Below are positions 54,600-64,000 of a stretch of DNA of 64,000 nt, piece after piece; position 1 is the stretch's first letter; each line of letters begins with the position of its first letter. The stretch covers positions 104,284,001-104,348,000 of the forward strand of contig OX597816.1 in assembly GCA_951406725.2 (NCBI GenBank), in the 5' to 3' direction. The notes under the pieces are model-generated. The model ran no database searches, was not told the origin of the DNA, and saw only the letters and a program-made list of their open reading frames with translations. Origin of the DNA: Octopus vulgaris. Lineage: Eukaryota. The translations under genes and the position numbers were made by a program.

Positions 54600-57170
54600 G
54601 CTATTTTTCCATTTGGGCTGTAAGTTTGGTGGATAATTTAGCGCTAATAAATAGCTTTTTTAGAGACTTAGGTTGTCTTTTACTTTTAATGATTTTATGT
54701 GTTTCTTGTGCATTTTTCCTCGCACCTCGTTCATATAAAGGGTAATATTTTGATGGGTGATGTAGCAGGCCTCCATGCTTGTTGGATTTTGTGCCGATAT
54801 ATAGTGTCAAGTTATCAGGGGATTTTCTTAGATGTTTCAAATGACCACATATTTTCTTTCGAGTAATATATTTTTAAGTTCTTTAAGTCATCTTTTCCGG
54901 TTTTTGAGATTGGACAAAATTAATCAAATTCTTCCTGCCAAGTTAAAAGCTTTATTGCTATTCTTATGCTTAGGATAACATGAAGAACATAGCAGATATT
55001 GTTTTGCGTTTGTTGGTTTAAAGTAGATGTCAGTTTCAGTGTTAGGATCCTTTTGTGATTCGGATGTCCAAAAGAGTCGCTGCTTTTGACTGTGTTCTAT
55101 CTTAAATTGGATACAGTGGTTTATGCTATTAATTAAAATCTTAAACTTCAAGTGTTAGTTCAGAATATGTTACCACAGAATGAAACAATCATCCATGCAG
55201 CATTTCCTGTTGGCGTGTAAGTATTTATGGAAGTTATCGCCGAATTTCAGTTCCGTGTGTTCGTATATTTAGAATTCTAAGTATATGATGATAAGGTTAG
55301 CAAAAGTGATGGCTACCTTCATTCTCATCACAGTCCCAGATATTTGCCTTTATGTGCTGTCGTTGAAGTTTAAAAAACATATTTTGTAGGATGAACTTTA
55401 ATCCTGCAATGATTTTAATTGTGCAATGATACATCGTTTTCCAATTCGGTCAGGTATGTTTTTGAAAAGTTTTCCAACGGGAATTTTATAGGTTCTATTC
55501 TGTATTCGTTTGGAATCTAGGCGAAGACATTAACTACATCGAATGAGACAGAAAGAGAGTCCATGTTGGCTTTGCTCGAGAGATGGTTTAAAAAGTCTTA
55601 GTCATCTCCTGTGAAGTTCCGTATATGTTTAAGAATGGCTTTTAGGAGTACGTCAATAATGTTACTGGGTGTATGTGTATCATAAAACGGACCTACCAAA
55701 ATTGGTCTCAATTTGAGATCTTTGTGATGTGGTATAGTAATAACCAATAATATTTATCTTCTACACACTTCATTTATTGCTGCGCTTTTGTAGATTTTTG
55801 GGCTGCTGTAAAAGTTGTTGGTTTTACTGTCAAATCTTGTTAAGCAGTCCTTTTTTTTCGTCAACACTTTTCGAATTTGTGGATGAGGGTAATGACTTTT
55901 TTCATTAAATTGGATTTTTGGTAATTGTCGACATTTTCATCGTAAGTTGTGTCATGAGGAAGAGTTAGTGCAAGGTTTATCTATTGTTTCAAATCCATAA
56001 TGATTATAGCGCAACATTTACCAGTTTCTTTAATAGTCATATTATGATCATCCTTGAGACCCACCTGTGACGGACCGGTGTCCCATTCAGATAGAGAACC
56101 TATACGCCAATGAAACCGGGAAACAGGCCCTTATGAGCCAGGCATGCCTCGAGATGCCTCGAGAAGGAACAAAAAGAAAACATCCTTGAGATCGTTGATG
56201 ATTTCCCATTCTTCTCGGTCTGTATTTAGTTTGAATATTGGATGTGATAGTAATTTATAGGAGAAATTGTTTACAAAATCACAAAATTTATCCTGAGTTT
56301 CGTTCTTACCTTTTGTCGGATTGTAGTTACCTTTATTATGAAGCATTGACTCATGACTGATTTCTATATCAAATAAATCTACAAAATTCCAGGACATCGT
56401 TCTATATTTCGTCGATACTAGAACTGTTTGGTTTGGGATGTATTTTAATCCTTTCGAGAGAATTTTAATTTGTTGCACTCACAGTGCTTTATGTGGAGAT
56501 TTATAACCTTTGGAATCTTACATTTAGTCTGTACAATTGTCTTCCTTTCGTCCATTATGTCAAAACACAAAAAGATGGTTCCCCGGTTTTGGTTCAACGT
56601 ATTACTATTTCAATTGGCTACTCTTGTGTACAACCTCGATCTATTGTAGATTCTTGGTTGCCCTGTCTAAAGATGTAAATGTTATTAGTTTTGATGTGAT
56701 GTGTCAAATCTCTAACGTGATCATTGCCGTTAAAATGTTTCGTGTGTAGTGCCAATTCTCATTTGGAAAGTTGTTGCATCTCGAACGAGTGAGGGCTTCG
56801 TTTATTTTTCCCGGTGAAACCATTTGCTACATATATTTAAGGAGAAGTATTTTACCTTGAGGGGAACGGAAGTTGTTGGTCCACAAAGAGGTCTTTCTCC
56901 GCCTAGATGCTCTGGAATTGGTATTATTCCAACTGAGTTTTGATGAGAGCTTGAGATATTTTTCGATTACGGCTTTGCTGTGGGATGTGTGGGATCTGTG
57001 ATGCTTCATTCTCTACAAGAATGAGTTATCAGATTCATAGTGTTCTTTATATTTTGCTTCATAGTAACCAAGGTAGTCATTATGTTTTCCTCGCCCTCGA
57101 AGAGCAATTACTTATTTGTTCGCGGAACTTTTTAAAGTGTTCCTCTTCAGTCTTCTTAGCAATTTCTTAA
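54600..57170 (-). mobile_element. Decayed Penelope-like element ORF (RT region)
   Basis: Minus strand, in order: ILSKGLKYIP, LKLRPILVGP, SFDVV, GTVMRMKVAITFANL, MDDCFIL and DIYFKPTNAKQYLLCSSCYPKH. Confidence 0.88.
56060..56180 (+). mobile_element. Short SINE 3' fragment inserted in the PLE with an 11-bp target-site duplication
   Basis: catccttgaga at 56049-56059 and 56181-56191. Body cctgtgacggaccggtgtcccattcag, with an A-rich tail. Confidence 0.75.
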
Positions 57171-57675
57171 TCAGAATTAGTAGACCTACACGGATCTATA
57201 TTAACTTCTTCTTAGGGGTGAAAAAGTGTAAACGTATATATATATACACATATAGATGTGTGAGTGTGCATACGTATCAATGTGATCGTGCACATACATA
57301 TATGTGCAGATATGTGTGTGCGTGTACATGTATGTATATGCGCAAGTATATGCGTGGGTCTTTGTGTATATATATGGACATACCGATGCATATGTGTATA
57401 TGTAAGCGTGTGTATTTGCATATATATAAACTTTCTTAACATTACTTATAATTTATGAACGAATATTCCTTTCTTACCTTATTTATATTTAAATTTCCTC
57501 TATCATCTCTATTTAATTTATTCATTTCTTACTCTAATTCTATTTACCTACTCTATCCTATCTCCAATCAATCTGCAAACCTCTCGAACATATAAAAATA
57601 CAAATCATAAACATTATCATTCAGTCTGCTATAATGAATCAGTAAACGCATATAAAACATCCAAGGATATATTTT

Positions 57676-57761
57676 TTCCTCTGAAGATATTATGCTCAGG
57701 TCATATGAATTTAATGTTTTATGAATATTCACTGAGTATTAATTGAAACAGCTGTAAGGGA
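57676..57761 (+). ncRNA. Type I hammerhead ribozyme motif beside the PLE
   Basis: ttcct-CTGAAGA-..tgctcag(loop)ctgagta..-GAAA-CAGCTG-TA-aggga. Palindrome ACAGCTGT, GUA triplet, predicted cut after 57756. Confidence 0.7.
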
Positions 57762-57824
57762 TGATGATTGATTTTGTTGTTAATAATAAACAACTATTAA
57801 CTTCGCAATTTCCATTTTCTTTTT

Positions 57825-57868
<44 letters not shown>

Positions 57869-59630
57869 TATATATATTTGTCTGTCAGTATGTAGGTAAT
57901 TATATATGTATGTATATGTATATTGCATTTTACAAATTGACGCAAGTTTGTATTATATTGATTTATTATAGTTAAACCCAAACTTCTATTCATTTACAAA
58001 CGTGCACCAAATCTATCATGGTGTTGACGTTAACGAGAAATCCTCCTTAATCAATAAATAGGAATTGTTGTGTGAGATTGGTAACAGTAGCATAGACGCG
58101 ATGATCTCAATGCATTGTAGGATATAATATACATACAAGCACATACACATACATATATACTCTTACGGCTTCAGGAGCTTATGTTACCGTGAAGCTAAGT
58201 TTTCTTTTTGTTCTTGAGGTACAATTTAATATAGGCACATTTTAGTTTAAGTGTAGCTTTTTAAACCCTAACTATGACTTTTTATTTATTTTACTTTTGA
58301 AAAAGAAAAACGATGGTTTAAGAATATATATTCTGAACTCCTAAAATATTGAATCCGGAATTTTTTAAAATTTTTAATCAAGAATTTATTTGTATTAAAC
58401 GATTTACAGCTGCTTTCTATTTATTTTCTCTGGAGACGAGAGTTCATGAATGAAAAAATATATATTTTACTGTATACAAATATATGTCGTTTACATTTAC
58501 AGTGAATAAATACATTTTGTCTGCATCTGTAATTACACTGTTATCTTTAACAAATTAAAACAACACAAGTAAAACTACACAATACTAATACTTTCATTAC
58601 TAAACGCACACACTTTCATTGTTTTAGTGACTAACGCAGCTATTACAAGATCTCCGTGTTCTTTATCCATGTTATTCATACATAAATATATTTATAAAGC
58701 ATTGAGTTTAGAATTCCTTATTACATATTTGTTTACTTTTTATGTTCTTTAAAAAATTCATAGTGTAAAAAGAATTTCTGATTCTTTGATGTTCAAAACA
58801 AAATTCCGAAGAGAGTTTTATTTTTATAGAAACAACAAAAAATCGACAGAAGATTTTTACAGTCCAAACTAAATATGTGTCGAAGTAAGAAGCAGACGAT
58901 ATCTGCTAATAAATCCGCTCTCCTTACTTTCAGAAATTAATATGTGACTTTGCGTCAATACTAGCAATTATGAGGTTTGAGTTTTTGCTTTGTTAGTTCT
59001 AATGACTATTGCTCTTTAAAGAATATCTGCTGCTAGATAAGAACATATGAAATAATGGTAATATTACTCAACGTATGTTCTTGATAGATATGTTAAAACC
59101 TAGAAATTCAAAGAGAATGACTGGGTGGGAAAAAGTATCAGTGTGCCTATTCAGGAATATCATTTCAAATAAATCCTCTGGTGGTGCTTTGGATTATTGT
59201 ATATCAAGACTATAGATTTGATTTTATACTGTCTCAGGTGTTCTAGCGGTCGAAGTACTTATCAGACTATCTGGGAATGATATCTGTGTTTAAAAAACCA
59301 CTATGACCGAAGCTTAACACTTACAAAGCTGAATGAATGAGTTTCTCGACCAGCTATTTGTAGCATCAACATTCCCATCAGAGTATCTTTAAAATGTAAA
59401 GCTACATTGGATAGTGTAAGTTTTAGTTATGTTCACCAAAAATAAAATGAAATTAACATCGTTGAAAGGTTAGGTTATAGATCTACCTTGACCGGAGCTG
59501 GCCTAAGTTTAAACAACAACAACTAGTTACTAACGGTCTCATAACGCAAGAAAGAAGAAATAATAGGTATACTTCAAAGATTTTATATATTTCCAAAGAT
59601 ATATATTTATATGTATAATTATAAATTTTA

Positions 59631-59690
<60 letters not shown>

Positions 59691-61400
59691 GTTATTAAAG
59701 ATAATGTAGTGAATATCGGTTGTAAGTAGTATAGAAATATGTGCAATGTCTGTCTTAGATCACTAGTGATTTTACTCGTATTATACTCAGCAATGTACTA
59801 TTGTTGCTGCGTGTACTTTTAATGCATGTCAGCTCTCATCAAGAAATATTCAACCACAACCAATCTATAACTTTTGTATATTGAGGACTATATATAATGT
59901 CTTATGTCCTTTTTGTTAAAAACTCCGAGTGGGATTTAATTTACATTTGAATGCTATTTCTACATGGCCAGCGCTCATATAGGCTTGGTATTATATATTG
60001 TAAATATATATCGGTGGTGTAGGTAGTAGATCACCGGCCTGAACGTATTAAAGGATTTAATTTTGTTGTCATCATTTTCAACACCAGCTTGTCAAGTCCA
60101 TTAACTATGCATGTGTAATACTGGGTTTAAAGCATTTTATCATTACCTCCCACTTTATTTCAGTTACTGAGCTTATCACAAGGGATGGCAGAAATTTTAT
60201 TTTCGAAATTCAAACACCATAGGGGTCTACTTCGCCTTTGATCTAGGGGTCGATAAAATGAATACCATTAATATACTGTACAACTGAATTTTCTACACAT
60301 TACCTCTTTAATTTTGTAACCTTTGCCGTTCTAAATAATCCATATAAAAGCATGAGAAAAACTAGTGTCCTGCACTCCTCTAAAGAGACACAGGTATAAA
60401 GTACTGATGTTATACCAGGTTTCGCAATATTTCTGCTCTCAATAACAGATAAAGTCCATCCGAAGGGATTTTGCTCAGTTCTTCTTCACCCAATTTTATT
60501 GACGAAGTTCTAGTTCACTAAAGGTTATTTGTACACACTTGTATAATATTCACTTGAATCGATCCTAGAAAAATATGATTTTAAAGCGATGTGAGCTTCT
60601 TAAATACACTGCCGTATCTGTGAAAACGTGATATCAAATTTTGACCTGCATAGAGATATACTTCTCCGATTTCGAAATATTCCACACTCAATTGAATTAC
60701 ATTCCTCCTCTGTGAATGATAATTGAAACTAAAACATTAATATTGGGAATTCCGGACTAATTATTCAGATAGGCTTATCTGTATAACCGTATTGGTTTTA
60801 TGAATCTCTTAATATATGTACCTTCACGAGAAGCAACTATCTTGCTATTAACTAGACAAGAGCTAAAATCAAATATAAATTCACATATAATCAATGGCAG
60901 TTTTATTAATTCTATATTATTCATGTTCATCGACATAATTTGAATGTGAAAGATAAAAATTTAATCAAGTAATATTTCTTATATTTTATGCAATAAATAT
61001 GTGTTCTGATAGATGAGTGATAGTATACTATTTAAGCTTGTCGCCTCAAAACTGTTTATTCGATGGTGGATATTTATTATAACGCAAGATGATATATTTG
61101 TTATAAAGCGTTAAAATATATATGCATATTAAATATACATATATTACAACTAGCAAATATGTCTGTAATCCCATGTAAGATAATATATAAAACTCTTCTA
61201 GCTACTACTGTAAAAGTTGACAAGTCGAGACATATGTTCAAAAGAGTACATTGCAATGCAAATTGGAAAGCAAAACATTCCATTTAAATTTTGTTTTATT
61301 AAAAAACGATTTATTATACTGTATTACATGTTTTGGGAGGAAGAATATCGAATAAAACTACCACACTACCTATCAAGCTAGTTTTCTTGCTGTATATATA

Positions 61401-61455
<55 letters not shown>

Positions 61456-62330
61456 TCATGTACAACACGACATACACATCAGTGGCACAGTGGGAGGTCG
61501 TAAAATGAAACGTAATTCACCCCTTCCATCTATAGACTGGGGTGGTACCACGGGCAAATGCTAGCAACCCATTATCCTCCCGTGCCAGGGATACGGTGGA
61601 AGCGTCGACAACAAAACGTTGGATAACCGACAAGGCGGAGGACTCCTAGACCAATGGCTTGAAAGTTATTGCGGTCAAGCGGAAGATCTGTACCATCAGA
61701 GAACAATTATCAACTATCAAGTGAGCTGCTACTGCGAGGCAACCTCATCGTCGATCATGCCTGCAGCACTCTTGAATATCACTTGGTACCTGATGTGGAG
61801 GCTAAGAGTGGGAGTCTGGTGGGAGGTGGGGCGATGCCAACCGCGTTATTCGCCGACCAAGGCATTTTGTTTACATAAGATCTGAAGATGTGACAGCCGC
61901 CGCCACCGCAGTCATATGTATGTATTTTTTTTTTAGTTTTAAGTTCTTCGCAACAGAGTCCAAGCCGGCCGCCAACAAAGCCGCAAGACTACTTGAGTTA
62001 AGAGAGTTCCCGGTGTTTGTAAATATGTAGTTCACTTGGTGTGTTGGTTGAACCATCGATGCATACACCCAAGTCTGTGCATCTTTCCGCATAAGAATCT
62101 CAGATGGAGAATTTTTCGAATGTTTATAAATATTTACTGTGCTACCAACAGATTAAATTTAGAGAATCCACTTCAGCTACTTTTGCATTTTCTTCATGAG
62201 ACCGAGTATGTCCGTTTTGGAAGGTTGAGGGAAGGGGCAAATTCGTTACCACATAACATAATGCACCTATCATGACAGGTATAAATGAAAATTAATTGTC
62301 AGTGTAGAAGCGCTGTAAGTTCCGCATTAA

Positions 62331-62364
<34 letters not shown>

Positions 62365-62366
<2 letters not shown>

Positions 62367-63180
62367 CTTATTTTGATGCATATGATGGAAAGTGGGAGCT
62401 GTCCACAGCTAGCAGACTAAGGGTGACACTTGTTTACTGGTCATGTTTCAATAACCCTACGAAGAATTCTCACAGTTCCAAGCAATGCTGACTTTTGTAG
62501 GTGTTCTACCTTCACACATGACCGATCTTTTTCAGCAATGTTGGTAGTTGAGTGCTGATATTTCCAAGTGCACCAATTTCTATTGGTATCACGTCTACTC
62601 TCTTCATTGACCACAAATTTCGTATTTCCCACTTAAAAACGTCATAGTTGTTAGTTGTTTATTTTTCTTCCTCTTCACATTGATCATGTTGTCACCGGGG
62701 TATGTGCTTTCTATTTTATGCACCACAATATGTCCGGTCTTCTATGTCTGGTCGGAGTGATCGCACTGGATCATTGCCTCCCACAGGATTTTGTAATTCT
62801 CATTTTCGGTTAGTCCTTCTCGAGTTTTCTCATACCACTTCTTTGCTCTTTGTAGGTCGTGATTCCACAGAGCTTCCAATGGATCGTTCTTGCCACATTG
62901 TCATGGCGCCTTTTGTATTCCAGTTGTGCTAAATTTCTGACATTCGTTACTGACGTGCCATGCCGTTTCACCCCTCTCACCAGACATTCTTCATATAGTT
63001 GGTCCTTAACGCTTGTTCCTGAGCTGCGCATATGAGTGCATCTATCTCGGTTGCCAAGTGAATCCTCCTCATCCATAGCCACCAGTCCTCTGTATCTGTC
63101 TTGGCGTTCACATCTCTTTCAAACTGACTGTACATTTTCTTTTCCTTCCATGCTCTTTCTTTTCATAAATTTTTCTTTAT
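62365..63180 (-). mobile_element. Decayed R4/Dong-like LINE 3' part (same family as 5150-5745)
   Basis: LAQLEYKRRHDNVARTIHWKLC and LQKSALLGTVRILRRVIET. Abuts a (TAC)n/(TAT)n tract. Confidence 0.85.
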
Positions 63181-63207
63181 TTACATGATTTTCTCTTTTG
63201 ATGACGC

Positions 63208-63900
<693 letters not shown>

Positions 63901-64000
63901 ATATGTCGATATCGAATTTCTCTATGCAAACGCCTAATGCAACAACTCCACTTAACTGCTTTAAACTTTTCCAAAATTATTATCATATACTGTGAAAGGA

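Overview
AT-rich, repeat-dense eukaryotic DNA, probably intergenic or intronic. The SINE families and the very high microsatellite load suggest an octopus/cephalopod genome (inference only). I could not recognise any host protein-coding exon, and most listed ORFs are microsatellite artefacts. Recognisable content: a 5'-truncated but uninterrupted RTE LINE reverse transcriptase (22.6-24.0 kb); R4/Dong-type RLE retrotransposons and a ~560-bp non-coding partner that pile up in (AAT)n tracts (5.0-5.7, 30.9-32.0, 51.3-54.6, 62.4-63.2 kb); decayed Penelope-like elements (PLEs); decayed mariner and hAT transposons; a long-TIR MITE; many tRNA-derived SINEs; and an intron-bearing tRNA-Lys-like SINE head. 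The main hidden signal is a set of type I hammerhead ribozyme motifs (CTGAnGA-stem II-GAAA-palindromic stem III-NUH) in several unrelated repeats. The best case is a 476-bp tandem unit at 34.0-35.0 kb with one hammerhead per unit (a retrozyme/circRNA-like candidate). A tRNA-headed hammerhead element lies at 2.3-2.8 kb.
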